Assembly (NCBI GenBank): GCA_030704615.1
Contig: CM060732.1
Location: 36,270,001 to 36,334,000 of the forward strand
Length of the DNA: 64,000 nucleotides
Source of the DNA: Takakia lepidozioides
Lineage: Eukaryota > Plantae > Bryophyta
Direction of reading: 5' to 3'
Shown: positions 11,174 to 23,466 of the stretch, in pieces
Layout of the letters: each line of letters opens with the position of its first letter
Numbering within the stretch: the first letter of the stretch is position 1
Program-made: the position numbers and the translations under genes
The notes under the pieces: generated by a model
Told to the model about the DNA's origin: nothing
What the model saw: the letters and a program-made list of their open reading frames with translations, nothing else
Databases searched by the model: none

Positions 11174-14100
11174 ATGTTGCTCGGGTTTACGCAACCTAAC
11201 ACAGCTCGCCATTTGGGTGCTTGTGAGATGGGGCCTGGGTCAGCAGAAGGGAAGAAAGGGGCCCACGGATATGTGGAGCGATTGCTGGCGGCGCATCCTG
11301 CCATGTTCGCCAAGTTTCTCTCGCAGGCACCCCGCTTCCGATTTCAAGTGCTGCTCTCGCATACTGTGAACGATTATGGCTCCCGACCTCACCTTGTCCG
11401 CCATGGGTACCGTGTTGACGAGGAGTATTTCTACCCCGCCAGGTCCCCTCATCTCCTCTCGCCTAGACTCTTTCCGAGTGAGCCTTTATTCGCAAGCTCA
11501 TCAAAATTCAGCTGCAAACAATCAAAACATGAACTCCAATTTGAAGACATTCTGGAGTGTATTTTGCGTGATTTCGGGCCTTTTAGTGTCTGCTCGAGAG
11601 ACCAAACAATCGTAAAGTCAATTTTGATGATTGCATCCTAATGATCAGTCTTCCATCACTTGCGAATTGTACCACCCCGGTTCTGGGATTGTAATTCATC
11701 TAGGATAGATCTTTCGCCTGCCTCTCGTAGGATTTATGGTTAAATTCTGGACGTCCTTGGCTTAGCAGTGCAATCAAGCTGTGTGGGGTAATCGCAGCCG
11801 CGCAGAAGCTCAAGCAGCTCGAAATTTCCCTTGGTACGTGCGCCGTGTGGCAGTGTTTGCTCACATTCAAGAAACTGTGAGGACAGCACATTTTATCCAT
11901 CAGTGGTAGAAACACCCAAGTCGATTTTGGCTCTTTTGCTTCATCATCTCTTATGAACCCCTGCTGTGAGGGTATCTGAGATATGGAAGTGCCAAAATTC
12001 TGTCTTGATCTCACATGGCTGCAATTCATACTTGCAAAAGGGGTTAAAGCCTTCACATGAGGAACGTGGGCCAGGTTACAGAGACGAGTTCATGACTTCT
12101 GTTAGAGCACCTTGGACACATGTGATGATCTTAAATATGATAGAAATTTGCTTTGTAGCAGGAACTTTTTGAGGTTCTTAGCCGCCGATGTTATCCTGTC
12201 CTTGGTTGCATTGTAGGGATTAAGGTGAAATGCACTACCCCTCTGTCATTATATTCACTTTTTGAGGGAACCAAGGATGACCGTGTTGATCCTTCCAATC
12301 TTGACCATCAACAAATCACTGTCGCCCATGAGATCCGCAAGATTTTCTTGGTACCTCTTCAGTTTTCTCTCTTATACTGTTTCCGTCTTTTGGTCAGTTT
12401 TAACTTGTGCATGTGTAACTTCCTGCTTGTCGCAAAGCGTGTCTAATCATGTGTTGTTATGCCCTCTCTCTCACTCTCTCTCTCTTTCTGACGTTATAAA
12501 GTACCATTTCATTTCATTTCATTTCTCTCTCTCTCGTGGAGAATGGACTTGCAATCAAGGACTAGGTGGTTACTGTATTAACTTAAACGATTGCTGGTCA
12601 AATTGGTGGTCACCTTTATGTAGAGTAGGAACGATTAATTGATATTGAAAAGCTTGGATGCATGTATGAATGAGTTGGCTAGGTGTCCGACAATAAGGCC
12701 TTCAATCGCCTCTATTCCCTTATTGGGCATCGCACACTCAATGTGTCAATGTAAGTCTCTATCTTTCTCATGAGTACATTCTTATGGTAAAATGTCTTCA
12801 CCATTGGATGAAGGATTCTGGTCAGATTCCTTTGTATCAGCCATGGTAGCACTCTTGAAAGGTAGTAATGACTTGGCTTGACTGTGGGACCTTTAATGGA
12901 CAGGGTTCAGAGGCCTTTGTTTTACAAGCTGAGATTGTTGCTTAGTGCTAGCGACAGAAACTGAATTTCTGTTTGGTAACTAAGCTTGGCTAATTGCTTG
13001 TGCCAAACTTGTATCCCACCCTGTTCATGGCCACATGACCAGACACTGCAAAGTATAATGAGGACATCTCTATTTCCTTCACAACTGGAGGCATGCTTTT
13101 AAACTCCTGATGACCTCAGGATGGTGGCTTGATGAGGGAGCTATGGTGGAAGGTGGATTTTGGGGTTGCAGAGCACAAGGCTGCGGCACCGCCTATCTGT
13201 GGTGCTGTCCAAGGATGCCAATCGTTACTGTGAGCCCGTTGATCTAGAGGTGGAAGGCACCCCCTTTACGCTTCCGCCTAAACACAGTCAGCTTGTGATC
13301 CCTGATAACGGCTCTTTACAAGGACTAAAAGTGGGAACTGCTTACATCACTGATTGTGGTGATTTGGTATGTGTACATTGAAGCTAAAGTTGCATGCTAT
13401 TCTTCTCTTTTTTCAACTTGGCTCCCATTATTAATTGGGCCCTGGCTGTCAAGTTGGTCTATAGTCTACAGGTGCATCAGTTCTTTATAAGAAGTTTACT
13501 GAAAGTAAAATGATAAGTTTCCAGCTGCTGGCATTTACGGACTCTGTAACATCTGATAAAGGCAGGAGCCAGCTACGTTTGTTTCCTCAAAGTTTTCCTT
13601 GGGAGAGGTTGATTTAACAGTTTTTTTGGTCTTATGCAGGTTTCAGAGCCCATGGATTTCTCCGAGAAGAATTACATGAGCTTGCTAGATCAACAGAATC
13701 TTTTGATCAAGCTGGTCCGCCCTGATATTGCGGTACGTGTCAAACCTTATGAGTTAGAGTTTGTCAAGTTTTCTTACAACATTGCTTTCCCTGGTGGATT
13801 GTTTATACTGGACTACGTGTAAGCATGAAGCTTACTGGAGGTTGGGTGGTTGGTGAAGCTAGATACACCAGCATTGCAGATCGATGAGAGCATGCGCATG
13901 CTGCTGATGGAGGGCATGGTTCAGTACCCTGGCCAGTCTTCCAACCCGCAGTTTGATCAAGCTGTTTATTCTGATGACTACTGTAAGGTTTGTACTGGCT
14001 CCCAGTGTTCAGGGCTTTCGAGAGGCTAGACAAATTCTGGCATCACATATTAGGAGGGTGACAAGTTGAAGGATCTGGGGTCTTGTTGTGGAAGGCCGGC

Positions 14101-15651
14101 AGTCAGTCTGAAGACTTTCTTTTTGATCCATTGATTGTGCTTTTGCGTTTGAGCAGATGGCATAGTTGCCCTGTTTAGAGGGCTTACTTTCTCTGGTTTT
14201 AGGACTTGGAAGGAAAGGGGTGGTTGGAAAGTCTGATGAAGCAAATGTGTTCCTTATCCTAGCTGCTGCTGTTTCCAGTTTTTCCTTCCAGGCCTTGCAC
14301 GTGTACGTGCAAAGGGAGCACTCCGAGTGTATAACAAGATAGGAAGGGCCTATGGGTTCACAATTGACAACTCGTGAGTAACGTGTGCCCTGTGCTCATT
14401 TGTTTGGCTTTTGTTTGAAAATAGCCTAAGGTTTGTTCAAGCATGGCACACTCAAATGAGCCTAGTCAAGTCAATGTGCAAGTATGATTTCACTGGTTAT
14501 TTGAGAGGCTTACATGTGATTTCAAACAGTCTTCCTTTGGAGAGCACAATCTTGCTGATTTGGTTTGGTAAGCACCGGGTGGCCACTCAGTTCCTCACAT
14601 TTGTCTGAAGTTTTGGTGTTCTCAGGTTCAGATTGGTAGTGTGCCTGCAGCTGTCGAAATGTGTATGCATCCTTCAAATTTTGTGTGTCATTTCTTATGG
14701 GAAGTCTAGATGGTTCTCACTCTCATTACGTAACTGGAGGAGGAATTAAAACTTCATTGCAGGTACATCTTTGACATTGAAACCGGCCGGAACTTTTTCC
14801 TGACAGCAGTGATATATACAAATGGGAATGGGATCATGAATGATGATCGTTACGAGTATGACACTGCTGATCAGGTGATGGCTGACTTGGCCGAGGTGTT
14901 GGCAAGAGCGGTTTGGCAAATCCCTCCTACGGCAACAACCCTTTCAACTCCATTCGACTGCATTCCGTCTAGTCTCTGGTCAGCGTGTAGCAGGCCTCTG
15001 ATTCCACAGACTGTTTTTCTTGAGACTTCCAGTGCCAGTAAGCATGAGATGGAGGAGGCCCTGGAGTCCATCCCCAACATGAAGAGGGAAGATCAGGAAG
15101 AAAAGGTTGTTGATCCTACACTGGCATTGGGAACTAAAGGATTGCATCGTCCCCCTCCTTTGGAACAAACTGATGAAGTGCTGGATCGGTCTGCTACTCT
15201 TCCTAACAGTTTGCCAAAGGGGAAGACCATCTTGGAATCAAAAGATGGGGAGAAGGTATGTAGCTCTCCAGACATGACAGTCGACTGTAGTCCATTAGTT
15301 TCCCAAGGCTTGGTGGCGACAAGGTCATTTGGTCTTTTGTCCGAGACACCAGTCCTGGTAGTAGGCGTTCCCTCTGACTCTGCAGATCATTCTTCTTTAC
15401 TAGTTGATTCTCAAAGGAACTTCCAAAGTAAGTCAATATCCTCCCTCTCTCACGTGGATCCCCCAGCGTCACAAGAGCAAAACACACAATGGCTTTTCCC
15501 TCTCCATGAGAGTCGTCCTTCCACAGTACCAGAATCTGCAGCAGTCGAGCCCACAGCGCCTGCGCATGTAAACGCTGGCATCACCATGTTACCCTTTAAT
15601 GACGCCATCAGTGAGACTAGACCTTGCTTCAAATTTTTTGTGGATGAGTGA
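11174..15651 (+). CDS. Class A beta-lactamase-like / PBP-fold serine hydrolase, ~9 exons, with a low-complexity C-terminal tail
   Basis: Hand-spliced exons ~11174-11442, 11769-11833, 12217-12350, 12683-12750, ~13153-13366, 13640-13732, 13880-13987, 14279-14373 and 14763-15651. They give YFYPASAIKL (SxxK), IFLVSDNKAFNRLY (SDN), VYNKIGRAYGF (KxG) and NGIMNDDRYEYD. Start codon uncertain. Confidence 0.78.
12488..12525 (+). mobile_element. Very short 3' tail of a LINE inserted in a (CT)n tract in an intron
   Basis: GACGTTATAAAGTACCATTTCATTTCATTTCATTT matches the 3' end of the LINE fragment at ~58676-58708. Confidence 0.55.
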
Positions 15652-16027
15652 AGTGTTGTCATCCATGTTCAAATCTGTCGCACAGCGTGGCGCCGCTGGT
15701 AGCAACTGCAATCACTGAAAAGACTCGCTCATTGATCCCCGGTGTGTCGTTGCATTGAATTTCAGCTACAAAACCAAGCAAGCACATGGCTAATGGACGT
15801 TGGTCTAGCCATATCCACTGGCATCCAATTAAAACACAAAGTGTGCAGGGTCAGCAGGAGGAAGAGGTCAAGTAGGAGCCTTACAGTAGCAAAAAGAGTC
15901 TCTCAATGTTTTCTTCATTTGATTCCCTCCACTTGAGCATGCCAGCAGTTCATACTCGAAGCTTGTCAAACCAATGGAGATCAAAACTGTAGAGCTATGC
16001 TATTCCAATTTGAATCATCACCTAGAT

Positions 16028-16318
16028 GAAGTTCAGACACCTGTTATATATTCTTCTCCCAGCCCCCTAAAGCTGATCTTCCTGCTGGTCTTGGTGTGTG
16101 AAGCTCAGACACCTGTTATATATTCTTCTCCCAGCCCCCTAAAGCTAATCTTCCTGCTGGTCTTGGTGTATTATGAAGCTCAGACACTTGTTATATATTC
16201 TTCTCCCAGCCCCCTAAAGCTAATCTTCCTGCTGGTCTTGGTGTATTATGAAGCTAGACACTTGTTATATGTACTTCTCCCAGCCCCCTAAAGCTAATCT
16301 TCCTGCTGGTCTTGGTGT
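16028..16318. repeat. Tandem repeat of ~72-75 bp, 4 copies
   Basis: GAAGCTCAGACAC(C/T)TGTTATATATTCTTCTCCCAGCCCCCTAAAGCTAATCTTCCTGCTGGTCTTGGTG repeated four times. Confidence 0.92.
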
Positions 16319-16906
16319 AGTTTGAACTGGGTCTGCATCAAAGCTCCACTTTCCCAAGAACCAGACTCTTGGGAGGGAAGAGACGAGGACCTTCCTGAAA
16401 TACTGGGGCCGTTCCGTTTTCCAGACAACGTGTGTAAGTGTGTACTCAGTTGTCCAAAAAGGTGGCATATAGAGTGTCCAGGCTACGACGACATTCATCC
16501 AAGTTCATCACCTAAGGATGAAAATGGACATTCGTCCAATATGTATACTCTTGTTATTATCAACTATCCCTCCAATTAGGTCTAGAGAGCCCATGGCATG
16601 GGATGGCATGGGGCATGATGATGAAATCTGGGCCGTGGATGCGGGGCGGGCGCATCGGAGCCGTGGAAGGACAGGCGGGTGCAGAAGCAGCAGGGCAGTG
16701 AGGGCCTGTCTGTGTGTTTGTGAGTGCTATCGATCGCGTGTATACTTCGAAGGATCGCTGCATTGCATTGCTGGACGGACTGAGAGAGATGGTGGCGCAG
16801 ATCTTGTGAGAGGGGGGAGGAAGGAGGGGGGAAAGGAGGCAGTGGGGTGGTTGTGGGGAGGTGAATCGGTGGTGGGTTTGCGTTCTTGGGAGGGGATCGA
16901 TCTGGG

Positions 16907-18648
16907 ATGGACTCGGATCAGGGGAAGCTGTTCATAGGGGGGATATCATGGGAGACGACGGAGGAGAAGCTGCGGGACTATTTCAAGGTGTACGGGGAGG
17001 TGGCGGAGACTGTGATCATGAAGGATAGGGCGACTGGACGGGCGCGAGGGTTTGGATTTGTGATCTTTGCAGACCCTGCCGTGGCGGATCGGGTGGTGAC
17101 CGAGAAGCACACTATCGATGGCAGAACGGTAAGCTTGGGGGGGTTGGTGTTGTAAGGTTGTTTAGAGTGAGAGCGATGATTGTCTTGTGTCCAGTGTCCA
17201 GGCGGGCAGTGTAGTGTGTCGTGTCTTAAGTAAGTAAGCGGAGGTTGTGGTGGGCTAGTGCAATGCAGGTGTGGTATGGGATCGTGCATGTTATAACTAG
17301 TTTAGCTGTCTCTCTCTTAATTTTTATTTAGGTGGAAGCGAAAAAAGCCGTGCCGAGGGATGAGCAGCAGAATGTGCCTAGGAGCAACAGCGGTGGCCCT
17401 GGGCCAGCAAGTCATACTAGGACAAAGAAGATATTTGTGGGAGGCTTAGCCTCAACTGTTACTGAGGATGACTTCAAAAAGTATTTCGAGCAGTTTGGTA
17501 CTATTACAGATGTGGTTGTTATGTATGACCACAATACTCAAAGGCCTCGTGGTTTTGGCTTCATAACTTTTGATTCTGAGGATGCAGTGGAGAATGTTCT
17601 TCAAAAGTCCTTCCATGAGCTCAACGAGAAGATGGTCGAAGTAAAAAAAGCCATTCCAAAGGAGCTCTCTGCAGGTACTGGTCGCGCTGCAAGTGGCTTT
17701 GGAGGTGGCCGCGGTAGTGCTAACTACGGCGGTGGCTATGGCCAAGGCTACAGCTCCAGCCCTGGTGGTGGATACGGAGGTGGGGGTAACAGCCGCTATG
17801 GTCCAACTCCGGCTGGAAGGGGTGGGTATGCCGGCTATGGTGGTGCTGGCTATGGGGGTGCAGGCTATGGAAGCGGCGGAGGCTATGGTGCAGCCATGAA
17901 CGGAGGATACGGTGGCAGTGGGTACGGCAACAGTGGATATGGCAGTGCTGCTGGGGCCAGCTATGGGAGTGGCGGTTATGGAAGCACACCAGCTGGAGGT
18001 GGCTATGGAGCGGGGGCCGCCGGGTATGGGACTGGCGGAGTTGGTAGTGGTGGCTATGGGAGTGGCCCTGTGGGTGGGAGAAGTGCATGGGGAAGTGGGG
18101 GGGCTGGATATGGGAGTGGGGGAAGTTCAACAGGGTATGGCGCAGCTGGTGGGGGCAGCATGAGTGGGTATGGGAATGCTGCAGGTTGGGGCTCAGCTGG
18201 GGCTGGAGCGGGTCAGGCCACTGGCAGCAGTGCTGGCTATGGGAGTGCTGGCTATGGTTACGGAAGCAATGAAAGTGGCTATGGCTCTACTGCTGGGTAT
18301 GGTGGTCGGGGCACTGGCTATGGTAGCACTGCTGGTGGCTATGGCACCTCAGCAGGAGGAACGGGTAGTGGCAGCTACGCCGGGGGATATGGAGATGTCT
18401 ACGGGAGCTCTGGATATGCAGACAATACATGGAGATCCACAGGAGCTGATTCTTACAACTCGGCTGCGACAGGGACTGGGGCTGCAGCCGCTGGGGGCTA
18501 CAGCGTGGCTGGCGGTGCTGCTGCGGATGGCACAATGAACGGTACAACAGGCTACGGGGGAGGCTATGGTGTGGCAGGCAGGCAGACACAGCGAGGTCCT
18601 GATGCACGCTTCAGGCCCTACCCTGCTGCTGGTGACCGCACTGGCTAG
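16907..18648 (+). CDS. RNP1: hnRNP A/B-like RNA-binding protein (two RRMs plus Gly/Tyr-rich tail); exons 16907-17128 and 17332-18648
   Basis: MDSDQGKLFIGGISW (RNP2), RARGFGFV (RNP1), KKIFVGGL and RPRGFGFITF. GT-AG intron at DGRT|VEAKKA. C-terminal RFRPY (PY-NLS-like). Confidence 0.93.
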
Positions 18649-21600
18649 TCACTGCTTATCATCGCGTGCCAGCTTTAGGGGCAGCGTTTGTTCATAAGGT
18701 CCTTTGCTAATGAAAAAAGTTTCTAGCTTTAGTTGGAAGAGAGGTCAACCGTAGTTCAGATTGTTATGTTGAGGAGATTCTAATAGACTCCAGCTAATCC
18801 CATTTTTGCAGATGTTTAGGAAGGGAGGGGAGTGGTTTTTGGTATGAAGCTACTTCTTGTTGAGGTTCGGTTGCTTTTAGGGCATCTGTCATGTTGGGAT
18901 GAGGATGGTTGTCAGAGGTGGTCAGGCCAAGTGTCTTCCTGCATCATTCATTGTGGCACCTTGTAACAGTGATTGAGTTTTTCCTGTTTGCCTGACTCAC
19001 AGTAATTGAACAGAGCACCACAGGTGGTTTTCATCTTTATTACAAAACTTTTCGGGTACAAGGACCAATTAGTTTCTATTGTCATTGAATATAGTCACAC
19101 AGCTTTGACGGAGGTCAGCAGATGTGTTTTGACGAAGAATGATCAGCATACCTTTTGGGAGATGTCTAATGCTGTACTGCAGGGGGAGGTTGTAGCTCGA
19201 AAACAAACTAGTTGTGCTGAAAGCTATGTGTTTCCCCTCCTGATTGTTTGATATCTGTTATGGAAGGATTTCATTTGGTTCTCCACATTTTGTCAGCTGA
19301 TTGTGACTGTTCTGAGTGAGGGGGAGAGAGAACCAGTCTAGTCTCCATCTTGGGGAACTGTTGTGGCTTTTGTCTGCAACAGCTGATGACAGGGGTAGTG
19401 TGCTGCTTATGTAAGCCATTGCTGTCATCCAAGATGGAAAGGGATTGGTGAACCGTCATTCTTGCAGGATTTGAGTTGGGAGGTCCGACATCTGTGAGTC
19501 AGTGAAAACTAGTAACCTCAGTTGTTTGTTGAGAGATTATGGAGAGCTGGCCAGGAATATTGATGTGTGTATGCTTTTTGTGTCCTCCTGAATACAGGGG
19601 TTGCTGCCTAGTCTTAATAGGGGGACGCAATCTCGACTCTATAACCATGGTCTGAAGTCTGGAGCGCACATGGCCGAGGTTGTGAACCAGGGGGTTGCTT
19701 GGGGTTGCACAGAAGTAGGGGAGGGAGAGAGATGATAGTGTTGTGGTGGCAAGATTTGGTTGAGTTCTAGTCTAATCGGACACCAATTTCTTATCAGGGT
19801 TTCTATTTTCACACTTTGTTAGATCTGACAGAATCTTATGGCACACCAATTTGTAGCGTGGTGTGCTTACATGTTGGTAGGGCTTACTTTATCTAGTCGA
19901 CTTCAATCTGTGGATCACCAGGTGTGTTTCTGAAGGCAGCAGCTGTAGCATTCAGTCAGTAATCGTCTCTTGGCTTTGATTGTTTACTATTTGAGAATCT
20001 CTTTTATGTTTGGTTAGTGCTTTCCATATCAATCAGAATCTCTGCCCGGGGGATTGTTTCGGGCAGAGTGCAGCTATGTAGGTAACTCTGGCAGAGTTAG
20101 ACTATCCTCTCGAAAGACCTGTGGTGGATCAAGTGTTGGTGCTATGCACATGTTTATTGAGAAAGGGAAAAAAGAATTTACTGTGGCCTCCAGCATTAGG
20201 AATGGATTTGTAATCATCTTGGTCCAATCGAGGGGCATGAGTGGGTTTTTTCTTTTGAGTTTTTGGCCTGAGTGCTTGCTGGCTCCCCTCTTGTCAACCT
20301 CTGGTTTCTTGGGGTCTTTCCTGTTTGTTGGGGCAGCATGGAGGAAATCTGGAAGCTGTGCATTGAAACGGTTTGATGTCTGTTTGTGTGTACGATTTTA
20401 TTTGCACCTTTGTCTATGTCGATTGCAGGATGCTCTCTGAAACTTCTTGATCTCTTCTTCCTCTTAAATTATTGCAAGATTAGGACGGTCTTGAACTAGT
20501 ACTCACATCAGTTTTGAGAGAAACAAAAAAATTGCCAGTAGTGTCATGGACAGCCTAGGACACGATTGAAATCAATCTGCCCAGAACATGCTACTCCAGT
20601 CTTCATGTTGGCAGGAAGACAGACTTTGGTAGCAAGGAGGTCAGTAAATGTACTCAGCTAACAAGGATAGGGCATCTGAGAAGAAACTATGTTTTGGTCC
20701 ATCCGGCCTACACCCAATGAGAGCACAGCAGTGCCTTCGAATTGGACTTCTCAACTTACGTCCTAATCAGCTAAACTACGAGGACATTGGAAGTAGAACA
20801 CAGTTACTATAGTTCCTTATTGAGTTGTGATTGAGATCACAATCTCCCTTCTTGAAGATCAAGCTGATAAGACCCTCGGACATTTGACAAGGCATAGTTT
20901 CTGTGCTAAAGATATCATGAGCCGCAGCACCCTTCACTTCTCAGGGCAGTTGCTGGCCAGAGCGATGGCCGTTCTCTAATGGAGGAGCAGCAGAATAGCT
21001 GTGCTGAGAGTATAAAGTATCAACCTGCTCAACTAGTCATTCTCTGTTCAGACATAGGCCATACAGCAGCTCTTGAAAAGTGGTGGCAGCAAACAGTTAA
21101 TGTCAAGGAAGTCTGCAATACATGGCCTTAAGACCTCATTGCAATTATACGCAGGTCAACATTTTGTTGAGGTTGGCAATCAAGGCAACAGCTTCTATTA
21201 TTAGTGACCACATTTCAACAAGTATGAGTGCATTACAAGCCTAGTTGGACTGGTAGAGAGTCTAGAATTGCCACATTTATGATTTATTTCATGAAGTCGA
21301 GGGCACAGTGTGAGGCTGCATTTGTCTACCCTACATCTCCGTGATCCAGCCTTCCTCCTACTTAGTAAGTTCAAGAGAAAAGTGGAAGAAACATCATTCT
21401 CTCCATCCTTAATGAACCCCCAAAAACTTGACTATGTATATGTAGCTGGTATGGGGGATCCAAGATGCGCATTTCTATGCACCCATTGTCCTTACATGAT
21501 GATGGGAGAGAGGGAGAAAAATAGCAATGACACAATACTCTTTCTTTGCTTCTCCCTCCTTTCCTACTTGGGAGTTCAGGGCAGAACAATGTGTAAAGAA

Positions 21601-22225
21601 AAACTTTGGGCACCATATCGCGTGTACCTATTGTTTGAATTATTATTATTAATTTTTTTTCTTGAGTTGTAGCCCTGTAAAACTTTATTAGTAAGGTAAG
21701 GTAAAAATAACCTTACAAGAACCATAAGGCAGAGGAATGAGGTTCCTCTCCTAGCCAATTGTCAAGAGAAGCTAGAAAGAAAAGGAGGAGAAGGCTAAGC
21801 AGAGCTGTAGAAACACTGCACTACAACCCTAGATCAAGCCTGCATAATAGAGGGAAAGGCTAAGCAGAAACAGAACTGCTTCTCAGAGCACCAAACACTA
21901 GTGCTAGCCTGCCAGACGAAGGAAAAAGAGGGGGAGTCCAGCAGCTGAAGGTATTGCTGCAATAGAGCCATCCTGTCAAACAGATTAAAATATAGGGAAC
22001 AATTATAACTATGAGCCTAAGAGCACTGCCATTACATGCTGCCTCTCTTCCTTTTGGGGGCCTCAAAAGATAATTGGGTCTTCGATTGACATGGCAAAGC
22101 TCTCTGAAACACATTTGAACACCTCATCTTCCATATATGCCAAAGAACAATGTCTTTGAGGGACACAGGAACAGAAAACGCTCCGTCCCTAATATTGACA
22201 AGGACAACAGAAGTATAGTAGATCA

Positions 22226-23046
22226 TGTTAAAAGGATTAGTGAATCCAATGTAGGTTAGCAAGTCTAGTAAAGTGAATAGTTAGTGAAGAGAAGTTACAT
22301 TCACTGGAACCTTCATGTAACTACCGTGCTCGGGTGTGAAGCACTTTATGTCTGAGTGACTTCTAAGGTTGGGAGGAGAGCTCCTCAAATATATAAAGTC
22401 TTAATCTTATATTGCTGAGTGTATCTAATCATAATTCTAACATGCTATCAGAGGTAGGTCAGAAATTACTCATCGATTTTCTTTATCTTGTAGAGAACCC
22501 AGAAAATCAGTCTAAGATTCGCTTGGCATAGATTAATATTGCAGTATCTTAGCTGCAATGGCAGATCAAACCAAGAAAATCGAGAAATTAGATGGGCCTA
22601 ATTTTTTTCACATGGAAAATCAGGATGTCTTATCTAAAAAGGAAAAACTATGGGATTTAGTAATAGGCACTGAAATTAAGCCTACCAAGTACTACATCTC
22701 CCCGGGGTACAGTCACCAATCCCCTCTGACTGGACAAGGCTCTATCCCAGATTGGGATGATCCAGATAGAATTGCATAAATGCTACTCGTTGATAGTGTG
22801 AAGAATTCGTGTCTAGGTCATGCTACACAAGGTAGTACATCCAATGAAAATTGGTCTAAAATACAGAAGATGTTTCAAAATACAGACATGATGAACAAAC
22901 GGTTTCAGCGGAAACAATATGTTAATTTAGTCATGCATGAAGGGGATGATCGGATGTTCTATCACACATTTCACGCATTCAAATTGCTCATAGAACAATT
23001 GGCATTAAACTCCCATCCTGTCCAAGTTAGTGTAAACTGTCTTTGA
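22226..23046 (+). mobile_element. Truncated Ty1/Copia element: 5' LTR, PBS and decayed gag start
   Basis: 217-bp TGTTA...TAACA segment (22226-22442) followed by TGCTATCAGAG, a near match to the tRNA-iMet PBS TGGTATCAGAG. Then gag-like IEKLDGPNF..W and LWDLVIG with frameshift and stop. Confidence 0.7.
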
Positions 23047-23466
23047 CTTGTCCTTATCATATCACTTGCATGATGTGGCATTGTTTCTACGTGTGTCCTC
23101 AGCATTGGGCCACCGTGAAGAATGAACAAAGCCAAACAAGACATAGCTCCCGGACGATCTGCAACAGTGCACACTGGGCACACACACACACGCAGTAACT
23201 TACTTACAAACTAGTTGAGAAGAAGGATACCCCGCAGTTGGTGCCACACTGCACACGCACACACACAGACAGGGTTGCGTGCAGTGGGGTTCGGTGGGAG
23301 ATTGTGGGTGGAGACGAGGTTGTGGGGGCAGACAATCTTTGGGATGTCCAGGGAGCCGTTGCTGGAATCGTCGGGGAGCAGGGAGGCGGCTGATGGGTTG
23401 GAGCAATTTAGAGGCAACAGTGGATACCCAGAAGAGGAAACTGAGGGGGCAAAGCGAAATGTAGAC

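Noticed and set aside
15974-16291. 105-aa repeat protein
   Set aside because: Arises from a tandem DNA repeat whose last copy breaks frame.
17452-18607. Alternative-frame and antisense ORFs over the Gly-rich exon (likewise over the PPR and F-box genes)
   Set aside because: Shadows of the real coding frame.
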